Below the pieces are notes generated by a model. It worked only from the letters and a program-made list of their open reading frames with translations. It made no database searches and had not been told where the DNA came from. Shown here in pieces: positions 1 to 9,892 of a stretch of 64,000 nt of DNA. This DNA is from a virus. Lineage: Duplodnaviria; Caudoviricetes. The DNA lies in IMG/VR virus record IMGVR_UViG_3300027533_000001, positions 3,146 through 67,145 of that record; one strand, given 5' to 3'. The stretch's first letter is position 1. Every line of letters starts with the position of its first letter. The translations under genes and the position numbers were made by a program.

Positions 1-2
1 TG

Positions 3-764
3 GCTGGCTATGCCGGGTTACTCCTGCAAACTGGCGGTGGGCGGCTGGTGATGGACATCAATGGCAAGACCGGCATCGGCATCGACGCGCCCACCCGCGT
101 ACTCCACGTCCACCACCCCAGCGCCACCACCCAGATGGCGGTCACAGGCTACGCGGCGAATATCATGTTAGGCGCTGCAGGCACTGACCCATCCAGCGAC
201 ACCATGGCCGCAATCTGGGCAATATCCACTTCCAACGGCCACTGGTCGCTCAACGCCGGTGACGTCCTCCTAGGCTCACTCGGCACCACTGGTGGCAACA
301 TCCACATCAACCCCAACTTCCCCAGCCTCGCTGGCTCACAGACCGTCTGCATCTACGGGAACTTGGGGGTAGGGATATTCCCGCCGACGTACCAACTCCA
401 GCTGGGCACCGACAGCGCCGCCAAGTTGAGCACCAGCACCTGGGCCGTCACGTCTGACGCCCGTACCAAGCGCAACATCCACGACCTGGAGGGGGGACTC
501 GATGTGATCACCAGATTGCGTCCTGTCACCGCCGAGTACAACGGCCTTGCCGGTACCCCCGCTGGCCACCGGGTCGTGTCATTCCTGGCCCACGAGATAC
601 GCGACATCCTGCCACATACTGTCGGGTCGGTGAGACGCAAACTACATGACGACGACCCCGCCGACACTGATATACTCGACTTCAACCTGCACGAAGTACT
701 CATGCACCTCGTTCTCGCCGTGAAACAATTAGCCCAGGAGAGACAATCCAATGACCTACAGTGA
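3..764 (+). CDS. Tail fibre C-terminus with intramolecular chaperone (peptidase S74-like) domain; 5'-truncated by the window edge
   Basis: The frame is open from base 3. WAVTSDARTKRNIHDLEGGLDVITRLRPV matches the SDxRxKxNI auto-cleavage motif. GNLGVGIFPPTYQLQL and GKTGIGIDAPTRVLHV are typical fibre repeats. Confidence 0.85.
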   Translation, partial: AGYAGLLLQTGGGRLVMDINGKTGIGIDAPTRVLHVHHPSATTQMAVTGYAANIMLGAAGTDPSSDTMAAIWAISTSNGHWSLNAGDVLLGSLGTTGGNIHINPNFPSLAGSQTVCIYGNLGVGIFPPTYQLQLGTDSAAKLSTSTWAVTSDARTKRNIHDLEGGLDVITRLRPVTAEYNGLAGTPAGHRVVSFLAHEIRDILPHTVGSVRRKLHDDDPADTDILDFNLHEVLMHLVLAVKQLAQERQSNDLQ

Positions 765-1038
765 ATCAGCCGCCCTAATGTCTGACCCCATATTCAGGGG
801 CAGGGTCCAGGTGGCCGTGCTCAAGTTCGCCGACAGCATCATGATCGAGGCTGGGTCAGTCCCGGCCCATAATACCCGCGAAAAGTGGGCACTCCAGGCC
901 ATGCAGAACCCCAACATGGTGGCAATGCAAATCCAACCCCCCACCGTGATGGACCCCGCCGTACAACAAGACGGTGCCGCAGTGACCGACGCCTCCCTCC
1001 AAGCCGCTGTCGAGGGCGTAGTCAACAAGTTACTCTAA
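751..1038 (+). CDS. Hypothetical protein (tail-fibre associated)
   Basis: 95-aa ORF overlapping the fibre stop, with phage-like codon use. Confidence 0.7.
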   Translation: MTYSESAALMSDPIFRGRVQVAVLKFADSIMIEAGSVPAHNTREKWALQAMQNPNMVAMQIQPPTVMDPAVQQDGAAVTDASLQAAVEGVVNKLL

Positions 1039-1043
1039 TCTCT

Positions 1044-1409
1044 ATGCAATCCCTATCTCTCGCCTACTACCAGCGGGTCATGCTGTGGAATATGATCGGC
1101 AACTACAGCGCCCCGAATCTCAAGGAAGCCTCGGTCTACTTACGTATCATTGAGAAAATCCGCCTCAGCGACATCGAGCAGGTGGAAACCGAGTTCACCT
1201 CCAACGGTAACCAGTACGGGTGGAAGTTACCCGCGCCCAGTTATGGCAACTGCGTCGTGGACCTGGAAAACGAGGAGGCCAAGGCCCTCGCAACCGCGAT
1301 TGAGTCAGCGACACCAGTGCGCGTCATCGACGCCGAGTGGCTATCCAACATGGTGGCCGAGTTGCGCCACCCCGTGCTGGAGTTAGTCACTAACGCCCCG
1401 TCAAATTGA
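1044..1409 (+). CDS. Hypothetical protein
   Basis: ATG at 1044 just after the previous stop (MQSLSLAYYQ...). The longer 885 start overlaps the upstream gene. Confidence 0.7.
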   Translation: MQSLSLAYYQRVMLWNMIGNYSAPNLKEASVYLRIIEKIRLSDIEQVETEFTSNGNQYGWKLPAPSYGNCVVDLENEEAKALATAIESATPVRVIDAEWLSNMVAELRHPVLELVTNAPSN

Positions 1410-1441
1410 AACGTTACAATATCCACCGTCTCACTTTGTCA

Positions 1442-1471
1442 TTGACATCCGGTGTCACCTTGGGGTACTCT
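1442..1471 (+). promoter_or_regulatory. Sigma70-like promoter with a palindrome over the -35 box
   Basis: TTGACA-18-TACTCT, followed by GAGGAG and ATG at 1494. TGACA-N5-TGTCA overlaps the -35. Confidence 0.55.
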
Positions 1472-1493
1472 ACAGCCTAGAGGAGTACCACAC

Positions 1494-1943
1494 ATGCCCA
1501 CCAGCACGATGGACATGAACGAACGTACACTATATCTCGGCCTCAAGCCCAAGGGGACCAAGGCCGAGGTGTACAGCAACCAGCGGCGCGAGGCCAAGCG
1601 CGCCTCTGCCAGCAATGCGTCCAACGGGATGCGAATCACCGACAAGGAGAACCTTGCCACCCGGACCGACAAGGTCCACGAAGCCCTGATGGAGGAAGCC
1701 CGTGCACAAGCCAAGAGCAAGACCGCCAAGAATGGAGTTTCCGGTGGTGTCAAAGGTGAATGTTGTCCCACCGGGGCGTATGAGTACTGCGAAATCGAAG
1801 CCCTTACCCCCACCCACGTCGCCTACAAGCAAGGCCCCGACCTCTTCGGGCGCACCTATATGTACGACGTCGGCACCGGGGAAGTAGAACTCGGTCCCCG
1901 CATGGTGGTTCACCAGGAGTTGGTATTCGGAAAGGACGGTTAG
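1494..1943 (+). CDS. Hypothetical protein (charged N-terminus, small beta-rich C-terminal domain)
   Basis: RBS GAGGAG precedes ATG 1494. The stop codon lies inside the palindrome at 1939. Confidence 0.7.
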   Translation: MPTSTMDMNERTLYLGLKPKGTKAEVYSNQRREAKRASASNASNGMRITDKENLATRTDKVHEALMEEARAQAKSKTAKNGVSGGVKGECCPTGAYEYCEIEALTPTHVAYKQGPDLFGRTYMYDVGTGEVELGPRMVVHQELVFGKDG

Positions 1944-1951
1944 TCACTAAC

Positions 1952-2089
1952 ATGCCGCTCAAAAAGGGGTCATCCCCGAAGACGATCTCCAAGAACATCC
2001 GTACCGAGATGGCCGCTGGGAAACCGGTGAAACAAGCAGCGGCCATCGCCTACAACGTTGCTGGCAAGGGCAAGCGCGGCAAGAAATAG
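1952..2089 (+). CDS. Small basic phage protein (MPLKKG... family), not in the ORF track
   Basis: My translation: MPLKKGSSPKTISKNIRTEMAAGKPVKQAAAIAYNVAGKGKRGKK. It resembles a recurrent small phage protein of unknown function. Confidence 0.75.
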   Translation: MPLKKGSSPKTISKNIRTEMAAGKPVKQAAAIAYNVAGKGKRGKK

Positions 2090-2107
2090 CTGATATCCTA
2101 TGTTGCG

Positions 2108-2764
2108 ATGGCACTAAAACTTCGCAATAATAGGTCACAGGCGGGTCCATCTCCGAACGGGAAAGCCACGGCAACTGCGGTCAACGGCATCGACCATCCC
2201 ATTGACAGCATCCCTCCTGGCCCCGTATGGACCCGCCTGATTGACGACTTTACCGCAGCGTACCCACCATCCAGCGACAACGTTGACGAGTACATTGCCG
2301 CCGTCGCAATCCGCTTTGCCATCCCAGAGGCCGACCTCTCCACCTACCTACGATCCCGCATACGTCGCGGCCATCTCATTGCCAGGGCCACGATGGAGAG
2401 GGCCATGTACGTCAAGGCCCAGGAGGCCGCGGCCCTGGTGGGTGTGCGCATTGCCAAAGCCTTCGCCGTCATTGACGACGGCATGAACGCCGAGAGGGTC
2501 ACCTACGACCGCGACGGCAACCCCCACTTCACTCCCGATCACCGCACCCGCATCACTGCCGCCGCCAAGTTACTCGACACCCTCGGTGCCAACCACCCGT
2601 CAAAAGCTGTTGTCGAGCACGAGATTGGTGATAAGTTGGCCGCGCTATCCACAGACGAGTTACGCCTACGTCTCGTGGAACTAGTACAACATGCCGGTGG
2701 GACATTACGCGCATCCGGAGTGAAAGGTATAATTGACATTACACATTCGCCAGTTAGTGACTAA
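2108..2764 (+). CDS. terS: Putative terminase small subunit
   Basis: Lies immediately upstream of TerL. Helical C-terminus (RITAAAKLLDTLG...LSTDELRLRL) is typical of TerS. Confidence 0.6.
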   Translation: MALKLRNNRSQAGPSPNGKATATAVNGIDHPIDSIPPGPVWTRLIDDFTAAYPPSSDNVDEYIAAVAIRFAIPEADLSTYLRSRIRRGHLIARATMERAMYVKAQEAAALVGVRIAKAFAVIDDGMNAERVTYDRDGNPHFTPDHRTRITAAAKLLDTLGANHPSKAVVEHEIGDKLAALSTDELRLRLVELVQHAGGTLRASGVKGIIDITHSPVSD

Positions 2765-2766
2765 CC

Positions 2767-4596
2767 GTGATGTCTACCGCACCTACTCAATTTATCCCAC
2801 TCCCCCACCTCGACGACGTCCGTCTCGCCAGCGAGATCGCCGAACTCACCGACGAACTCATCTACCGCGAATCCATCGACAACACCGCCAGGAGTGCAAT
2901 GTATTGGCTCCGTCACGGCACCCGCACGGTGGATGAGCAGGACGCCAACAGTCGTAAGCCCTTCCCCGCCTCCCCCTATTTTGACTACATCGCCGAGGAC
3001 ATCATGGTGCGGCCACCCCAAGGCGAGTCCATCATCCACGCCACTTACAAATCCCGCACCACCATGATGAGTTGGACCGCAGCAGGTCTAGCCGCCCACA
3101 TGATGGCGACGCAACCGGACACCCGTGTCATTGTCCAATCCGCCGACCAGCCCCGTGCCGCCAAGATCATCGAGAAGATCAAAGTTCTCCTCATGAACAG
3201 TACCGATCGTCTCCGTGGTAAATGGCTTGGCGACCTCACCCTGGACCTCTTCTCCCAGTCCTACGCCGAGTGCAACCTCCCCAATGGCTCCAGTGCCGCC
3301 GCCTTCGCCTCTGGCAGTGACAAGATCCGCTTCGAGCACGGCACCGTGTACATCTTCGACGAAGCATCCCTCGAAGACGAGTTACTCGAATGCGTCACCA
3401 ACGCTCTCGCCGCCAAGACCCCCTACATCTGGCTCATCGCCACCGCGAAGCCGGGTCCATTGAATGAAATCTGGAAGGAATGCAAGCAGATCCCCTGGAG
3501 TTATAACCCCCTCCTCCACCAGGACCTCTACGCCTACACCCACCTATTTGACCGGGGTAGCCTCGCCGACGTGGGCCTAAGTGGTCTCCAGGTACCCGTC
3601 CCCGGTGGCCTCAAGGGCGATGTGAGCGGCCCAATCCCCGGCCTCACCAAGCACCTCTCGCCGCAGGGCTGGGTGTTCATTCGCGTCCACTACTCCTGCG
3701 ACCCATCCATGCGCGACCCGGTCAAACTCAAGCGCGTCGCCAAGGTCTTCGGCGGCATGGGGTCGCCCATGTGGAAGCGCGAGATGGAAATCGACGCCGA
3801 AGCCCTCGGCGGTGCCCTAGTCCACCCGAAATACAATGAGCAAATCCACGTCATCCCCGACCGCGACATCCCATCCTACGGGTGTCTATACATGTCCATT
3901 GATCCTCATCCACGCACCGAACACGCGGCCCTTTGGATGCTGGTTACTAGAGACTACGACTTCTACTTTTACCGCGAATCCTGGCCCAGTAACGTTTACG
4001 GCACTGGACGGCGTCTCCGAGATGAAGATGAATGTAACCGTTATACTGTCCGTACATACGCAGAGTATATAGCTTTTGTCGAGGGCAACGAGATCGTCGC
4101 CACCAGCCCCGGCACCCCCTATGAAATGTACCAGTACACTCATCGCGATGGTGGCGAGAGGATCGTATCTCGTCTTATGGATCAGGCAGGCAAGGGGTTT
4201 CGCATCTCTGGCGAGGGCACCCCGGACCTATTCATCTATGACGAGTACCGCAAGTATGGGATCTATTGCGCCGACCCGCGTAAGTCACATGCGGTTGGTA
4301 ATGATAAAATCGACGAGCTACTGGAACCCAAGCCCTGGCGTCATACTACTCGACCGCGTCTCTTCATCGCCGAATCCCTACTGGAACTCCGCGCTGAGTT
4401 TCGCAATCATCGCTACGCCACGACGTCGACCTCCCTATCCAAGGATCTCAACCAGCGGGTATCGCAGTTCCGCACCCACATGCTGGACAACTGCCGCTAC
4501 CTCCTCAGTGGTAACATATTCTACACCGAGATGATGGCATCGCCGCGCTACGTCATCTCCAACCAGTTCACCGCCCCCGTGGGTGTTAGTCACTAA
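2767..4596 (+). CDS. terL: Terminase large subunit
   Basis: ATPase motifs YKSRTTMMSW and YIFDEAS; RNase H-like nuclease motifs MSIDPHPRT and HMLDNCRY; position upstream of portal. Confidence 0.9.
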   Translation: MMSTAPTQFIPLPHLDDVRLASEIAELTDELIYRESIDNTARSAMYWLRHGTRTVDEQDANSRKPFPASPYFDYIAEDIMVRPPQGESIIHATYKSRTTMMSWTAAGLAAHMMATQPDTRVIVQSADQPRAAKIIEKIKVLLMNSTDRLRGKWLGDLTLDLFSQSYAECNLPNGSSAAAFASGSDKIRFEHGTVYIFDEASLEDELLECVTNALAAKTPYIWLIATAKPGPLNEIWKECKQIPWSYNPLLHQDLYAYTHLFDRGSLADVGLSGLQVPVPGGLKGDVSGPIPGLTKHLSPQGWVFIRVHYSCDPSMRDPVKLKRVAKVFGGMGSPMWKREMEIDAEALGGALVHPKYNEQIHVIPDRDIPSYGCLYMSIDPHPRTEHAALWMLVTRDYDFYFYRESWPSNVYGTGRRLRDEDECNRYTVRTYAEYIAFVEGNEIVATSPGTPYEMYQYTHRDGGERIVSRLMDQAGKGFRISGEGTPDLFIYDEYRKYGIYCADPRKSHAVGNDKIDELLEPKPWRHTTRPRLFIAESLLELRAEFRNHRYATTSTSLSKDLNQRVSQFRTHMLDNCRYLLSGNIFYTEMMASPRYVISNQFTAPVGVSH

Positions 4597-4605
4597 CAAG
4601 GAGAC

Positions 4606-6933
4606 TTGATCGCCATGACCCAGGAAGAACAAGACTCAGTCGCAGGCGGTGGCCGGTACATCCCCACCGGCAATGACGACTTCGCCACCGGTGACCACGA
4701 CGCCGACCGGGTCAACATCATGGACACCCGCATTAGCCGCAGCGAACAGTGGCTGGAGAACAACTACTGGCGCACCTGGGAGAAGACCTGCGAGTCCTAC
4801 TACGGGTACCGGCAACCCCTGCTACTCAACGACCCCACGATTGCCACTCCCGCCACCATGGACGGGGCGTTTGCCAGTGACAGTGTCGCCATCCTGCGCG
4901 CGGCGTCGAATAGGGTAAAGAGACAAGATCGCACCGATGGTCTGCCCATCCTGTGGAATGCCTGTTCCCGCCTCGTCGCCCGGGTCAACGCCAACGTGCC
5001 CATCATCACGTGCAGGTCCCAGAATGCGGAACGCGCCGACAAGCTGGCCTCCTCGTACATGTACTTCTACGATAAAGCCCAGCGGAAGTCCCGTATCGTA
5101 AACAAGACCCTCATTAGTTCCTTTATCACCGGCTGGGGTCCCAATGCCTGGGGCTGGGACGATACGCAAATCAAACGGGTGCGTCTCGTCCGTCCCGAGC
5201 GCATGACCGACGACATGATCGCTGCCGTGCTCGACACCTACAAGCCGCAACTCGTCCCCATCATCGAGGACATCGCCACCGCCGCCAGCGTCGACCCCAA
5301 CGACGAGCAGGCCATGGATGACGTGGCATTACAAGCCATCCCAGTCCTGGCCCAAACCTATGGCCACAAGGGTCGCCTACGTCTCATCTACAGTGAACGC
5401 GGCTACGTCGGCCCGAGCGTCAAGTACCTGTTCCCGGGCGACGTCTACCCGGAACCGGAGTTCGACACCCTCGGCAACTGTGCCTATGTGGGCACCTACA
5501 TGCGGGTGGGTATCGAGTGGTTCCAGGAGCTATACGAGAGACATAAACTCCCCAACGGCGAGTACGACCCGGAACTGGCCACCCGTATCAACAAGGTCAT
5601 GGAGGAGCAGCCCAACGGGGACGTGCGCAGTATCGGCTCCCAATCCGAGCGCCTCCGCTCCAACATGTACAGCCTGCTCAAACGGGTCACCCCGCAGGAG
5701 CCGACCAACACCTCGGCCACCGCCGACGACATCGAGGTGCGGTGGGGCATACACAAGATCGAGTACCCGGGTAAAGGCGGGGACGACGCCACCGTGGAGT
5801 ATAAATGCGGGAACATCTGGCTGGGGCATTTCTATTACCCGTTTCTCATTGGCGACGGCAAGATTGCCATGACCGAGTTGCGCATCGTAGACTCCATCTT
5901 CGGCGGTCCCGGCGACTCCCCGGCCCATCGCATCGTCTCTCTCGCCGACATGTACGCCCAGAGTTTCTTTCAACGCCACGACCTGATCGACGCCATTAGT
6001 AGACCACTGCTGTGGACCGATGACGCAGCCCTCTGGTCCAACCCGGAGTTCTTCACCCGCAACACCAGCGGCTTCCGGGTCGTCTACACGCGAGGCGGCG
6101 GCAAGTCATTCGGCTTCGAGCAGAGTGGGCCAGCCATAGCGTCGGCGATGTCCACGATGAACAGCGACGACTCGGCCATGAAACTCATCCAGTCCACCAT
6201 GGGTGACTCCAACCTGGGCAACCAAGCCGAACTGGTGGGTGGTCAGAACGACACTGCGACCGGCGCGAAAATCATGGACCGCAACACCGCGATCCTCAGT
6301 GGGCAGACCACCAGTATGTTTGTCCAAAAGGTCGGGGACGACTGCGAGATGATGCGCGAGATTCTACGCAGTGAGTTAAACGAGGACCTCGACCTCGACC
6401 TTGGTCACTACCACATGCTCAACGGGCAGGCCGACCGCCTGGAGGACATGGGTAACTCCATGGTGACCATGGAACCGGAGGACTACGAGGAGGACGGGGA
6501 GATTATAGTGGATGCGTCGTCGATGTTCCCCGATGCCCGGAAGAACAAGGTGGACGACGCCAACCTAGTGTACAGTCTGGCTAAGGAGAACCCGGACAAG
6601 ATGCACATCGACGAGGCGATCAAGGACGTGTTGAAAGCTATGGGTAAGGGCAAGGACATCACCCGTCTCATGATCCCGGCACCTCCCCCAGGTTCTCCCG
6701 AGGCCAACGCCCAAGCCAACCCGATGGAAGCCCTCATGGGCGCAGTGAAAGGAAAGCAAGGCAATGCGAATGCACCAGATAGACCTGACCCCAGTGGATC
6801 ACAACCCCCGCCAGGAGGCCCAGCCACTCCAACTCCCCCTGGATCTGCAGGTGGAGGCAAATCCAATGGCCACCCTGCCCCACCACCCATGGAGGGACAG
6901 CAGGCGAGTATGGGAGGTGTACCGCTTGTTTAG
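4606..6933 (+). CDS. Portal protein
   Basis: 775 aa directly after TerL, with RBS AAGGAG (alternative start ATG 4615). It has the T/ATG(A/T) motif (NDTATGAKI) and the Pro/Gln-rich low-complexity tail typical of P22/podovirus portals. Confidence 0.8.
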   Translation: MIAMTQEEQDSVAGGGRYIPTGNDDFATGDHDADRVNIMDTRISRSEQWLENNYWRTWEKTCESYYGYRQPLLLNDPTIATPATMDGAFASDSVAILRAASNRVKRQDRTDGLPILWNACSRLVARVNANVPIITCRSQNAERADKLASSYMYFYDKAQRKSRIVNKTLISSFITGWGPNAWGWDDTQIKRVRLVRPERMTDDMIAAVLDTYKPQLVPIIEDIATAASVDPNDEQAMDDVALQAIPVLAQTYGHKGRLRLIYSERGYVGPSVKYLFPGDVYPEPEFDTLGNCAYVGTYMRVGIEWFQELYERHKLPNGEYDPELATRINKVMEEQPNGDVRSIGSQSERLRSNMYSLLKRVTPQEPTNTSATADDIEVRWGIHKIEYPGKGGDDATVEYKCGNIWLGHFYYPFLIGDGKIAMTELRIVDSIFGGPGDSPAHRIVSLADMYAQSFFQRHDLIDAISRPLLWTDDAALWSNPEFFTRNTSGFRVVYTRGGGKSFGFEQSGPAIASAMSTMNSDDSAMKLIQSTMGDSNLGNQAELVGGQNDTATGAKIMDRNTAILSGQTTSMFVQKVGDDCEMMREILRSELNEDLDLDLGHYHMLNGQADRLEDMGNSMVTMEPEDYEEDGEIIVDASSMFPDARKNKVDDANLVYSLAKENPDKMHIDEAIKDVLKAMGKGKDITRLMIPAPPPGSPEANAQANPMEALMGAVKGKQGNANAPDRPDPSGSQPPPGGPATPTPPGSAGGGKSNGHPAPPPMEGQQASMGGVPLV

Positions 6934-7129
6934 GCCGTTCCTCGAAGACTTCATCGCCAACCGCAAGGATTCCCGCATACGCGAAACGGTCAGCGCCGCC
7001 ATCGCCGGTAACGCCACCGACGCCACCGTGAGCGCCGCCCAGTACGACTTCCTCGACTCCCTGCTGGAGGACATGGAAGCCTACGCCGCACAGGAGTTGG
7101 CTATTCACGGCATCCCCCCATTCTTGTAA
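6926..7129 (+). CDS. Small hypothetical protein between portal and scaffold
   Basis: GGAGGT RBS then TTG at 6926, in frame with track ORF 6764..7129 (MFRPFLEDF...). Confidence 0.55.
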   Translation: MFRPFLEDFIANRKDSRIRETVSAAIAGNATDATVSAAQYDFLDSLLEDMEAYAAQELAIHGIPPFL

Positions 7130-7181
7130 TCGTGTTACAGTAATCCCTGTTAGTAACTAACCCCAGGAGAACAGACCACTT

Positions 7182-8423
7182 ATGGCAATGCAAACCTTCG
7201 GCAATCCCACCGGCACCATCACCATGGATGAGATCAAGCAGGCCGGTAGCGACGAAACCAACATCATGCAGGACCCCAGCGAGGAGTCCACCGGCACCAC
7301 CAGCGACACTGACGAGGCCACAGGTGAACCCAGCGAGGCTGACGAACCGGTTGAGACTGAGGAGTCGGCAGCAGCAGCACCCGCCGATGACCAACGGGCC
7401 ACCATCGCCGATGAACTCGGTTACGACCCGGCCAACCTCACCCCCAAGCAGGCCCAGATAGTCAACGAGGTGATCGCCCAGCTGGCCGAGAGCGACACCC
7501 CCGCCGCCACCACAGCCGACCCCGAGGCCAACCTCACCGAGATCGAACGCGAGGTACGCGCAGCCAAGGCCACCAGGGCCAGTGCCAGTGCCAGTGAACT
7601 TCCCCCTACCCCACCCCCGCGCCAAGCCACCACCCCCGCCGACGCCGACCCCATCGTGCTCGACCCCGCGCAACACTACACCGCGGAGGCCCAACTCTAC
7701 AGTGACTCGATGGATGCGCGTCTCAGCGAACCGCAGCGGCGGCGTGCCTTCGAAGAACTACGTGAACACCGCCGCTACGAGTTTGCCAAAGACCTTGTCT
7801 ACAACCTCAAATCCCCCGTCGTCCTGCAGTATCTACGTGACCAGTTACTCGCTGATGTCGAACCCAAGTTGGCCCAATTCGACGACTTGAATCGTAGTGC
7901 CTCTCAATATCGCAGTAGACAATCCGCCGAACGTTCTGCTATAGTGCAACTCAGCAAGTTGGACAAAACCGACCCTGACATCGCCGAGTTTGTCAAGCCT
8001 TCCAAGGACGGCAACTCCACGTATATGCAGGTAATGCGGTCGAGTCCGGCCATTGCCGCCAGAGTCAATCGTCTAGGAGAGAACCCCGATTACAGTGATC
8101 TCCCTGCCGACCGCCGGGCCGTCCTGCACGAGATAGATCGCATCCGTCTCGCCCACGACCTCGCCCCGCGCAGTACTAAGGGCAATGCCAATGCGAGTGT
8201 GAGGGTGGCTAAGGTGAAAGCCGCCGCAGCGTTAGTAAAGCGTGGGACTACGGTATCCACTGCCGCTAAGGCCGCCGCCGCCAGTATCATAGCCAAACGA
8301 GCCGCAGGCGCAGCCAATGGTGGGGGTGTCGCCTCCCGTGGCAATGGCCAACGCCGCTTCGAGAACCCCGACGCCGAGAGGTTGCGCATCGCCGCCAACA
8401 AGTCGACCAGTATTTTTGGTTAG
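7182..8423 (+). CDS. Capsid scaffolding protein
   Basis: Acidic disordered N-terminus, helical core and basic C-terminus; located between portal and capsid; RBS AGGAGA. Confidence 0.75.
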   Translation: MAMQTFGNPTGTITMDEIKQAGSDETNIMQDPSEESTGTTSDTDEATGEPSEADEPVETEESAAAAPADDQRATIADELGYDPANLTPKQAQIVNEVIAQLAESDTPAATTADPEANLTEIEREVRAAKATRASASASELPPTPPPRQATTPADADPIVLDPAQHYTAEAQLYSDSMDARLSEPQRRRAFEELREHRRYEFAKDLVYNLKSPVVLQYLRDQLLADVEPKLAQFDDLNRSASQYRSRQSAERSAIVQLSKLDKTDPDIAEFVKPSKDGNSTYMQVMRSSPAIAARVNRLGENPDYSDLPADRRAVLHEIDRIRLAHDLAPRSTKGNANASVRVAKVKAAAALVKRGTTVSTAAKAAAASIIAKRAAGAANGGGVASRGNGQRRFENPDAERLRIAANKSTSIFG

Positions 8424-8466
8424 TAACTAACCGCCACTATTTCTCACTACAAGGGAGTCTCTCGCC

Positions 8467-9705
8467 ATGCCTATTTCCTACGCCCTAGGCAACCGCCATA
8501 CCCAGCAGATGTTCGCTGCCAGCGACAATATCAGAGTCGTCGGCACCGACGCCATGCTCATTCGCCCGGACATCGCCCCATTGACCACCCTCCTCATCGA
8601 GGGATTAAAAAAGTCCCGCAAGAAGGGCCAAGCCTCGACCCTGATCGAGTGGAAAGAGGATGACTGGATGACGCAATGGGTAATTACCGCTGCTGCAGTC
8701 GCAGACGGCGTCGCCACGTCGATCACCCTCGTTGACTCCAAGCCCGTCGTCCCAGGAGACGTGCTGTACTTCCCGCCAGCGAATGCCACCGTCGCCATGG
8801 GTGAACTGGTACGTATCACCGCCAACAACCCCGCCACCAACGTCATCACCGTCACCCGTGCCTTCGCCGGTACCGTGGGCGCAGCGATTGCCTCTGGCTC
8901 TGCCCTATCCATCAACGGCCCAGCACTGAACGAAGGTGCCGCTGCCCCGGATAGCAAGTCCACCATCGCGATGACCAAGACCACGTACATGCAGCACTTC
9001 GGCAAGACCAAGCGCATCACCCTGGAGCAGGCCGCATCCAACCAGTACGCCTCGCCACAGGGTCTGCGTGACGATCTCCAGTCCAAGATGATGAACGAGA
9101 TGAAACTCGACTACAACCGCACCGCCTATTGGGGCAAGTCCTCGCAGGATCTCAACGACGTCAACGGCGAGATGCGCACCATGGCCGGGTTGCGTAGTGA
9201 AATCACCACCAACGTCGTCGACGCCGGGGGCACCCTCACCTACAAGGGGTTCCTGGGGTTCTGCGAACGGCTGTTCCAATTCCACGACTCCCAGAGCGAA
9301 CTCGGCCTCCTGTGCCCAGCTATGGTTATCAACGCCATCAACGCTTGGCAGCACCAGTTCCTGATGGTAGGGCCAACCGAGAAGATGTACGGCGTCAAGA
9401 CCAGGATGGTGCAAACCGGCTTCGGCGACCTGCGCCTCATCCATGACAAGACCCTCGAGACTCTCACGGGTCAAACTCGCGGTTTCGGTCACATCGCCTT
9501 CGGGGTGGACTTCTCCAACGTCGAGATCGTCTTCCTGCAGGGGAACGGCGCAAGTTATGGTGAACCCACGATCCTTGAGGACAACATCAAGGACGGCGCT
9601 GGCCGCATTGTCGATCAGACCCGCATGATCTGTGGACTCAAGGTACGCCATGAGAAAAAGCACGGGGTCCTGCAAAACGTCACCGATTACACGGCCCCCT
9701 TCTAG
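8467..9705 (+). CDS. Major capsid protein (HK97 fold, SU10/DUF5309-like)
   Basis: Motifs LIEWKEDD, QHFGKTKRIT, MKLDYNRTAYWG, RTMAGLRS and GLKVRHEKKHG; beta-rich insertion ELVRITAN...TVTRAFAGT; position after scaffold. Confidence 0.85.
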   Translation: MPISYALGNRHTQQMFAASDNIRVVGTDAMLIRPDIAPLTTLLIEGLKKSRKKGQASTLIEWKEDDWMTQWVITAAAVADGVATSITLVDSKPVVPGDVLYFPPANATVAMGELVRITANNPATNVITVTRAFAGTVGAAIASGSALSINGPALNEGAAAPDSKSTIAMTKTTYMQHFGKTKRITLEQAASNQYASPQGLRDDLQSKMMNEMKLDYNRTAYWGKSSQDLNDVNGEMRTMAGLRSEITTNVVDAGGTLTYKGFLGFCERLFQFHDSQSELGLLCPAMVINAINAWQHQFLMVGPTEKMYGVKTRMVQTGFGDLRLIHDKTLETLTGQTRGFGHIAFGVDFSNVEIVFLQGNGASYGEPTILEDNIKDGAGRIVDQTRMICGLKVRHEKKHGVLQNVTDYTAPF

Positions 9706-9792
9706 CCGGTAGTCAACAACCTCGCCAGACCGGACAACGCTGGACAACATGGTTCTGTTCTCCCCAGTGTTCTCCCCGGTTTTGGTTGAGCG

Positions 9793-9825
9793 GGGGTGGG
9801 TGGTAAGTGCGGTGCTGCCCACCCC
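9793..9825 (+). terminator. GC-rich stem-loop after the capsid gene
   Basis: GGGGTGGG...CCCACCCC inverted repeat, with no clear U-tract. Confidence 0.35.
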
Positions 9826-9892
9826 TACAGTGTTACGTCCACCGCATGCATCGCATTGTTAGTCACTAACTTCCAAAGGAGTCCCGCACCGC

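Noticed and set aside
9745-9780. GTTC repeats after the capsid gene as a LexA box
   Set aside because: The spacing is 1 and 8 nt rather than the GTTC-N7-GTTC pattern, and the site is not at a promoter.
8905-9822. Long antisense and alternate-frame ORFs in the track (e.g. 8905..9822, 27521..28567, 33696..34301, 50109..50807, 63642..63932)
   Set aside because: They are shadows of well-supported genes on the opposite strand or frame in a GC-rich genome, with no RBS or motif support.
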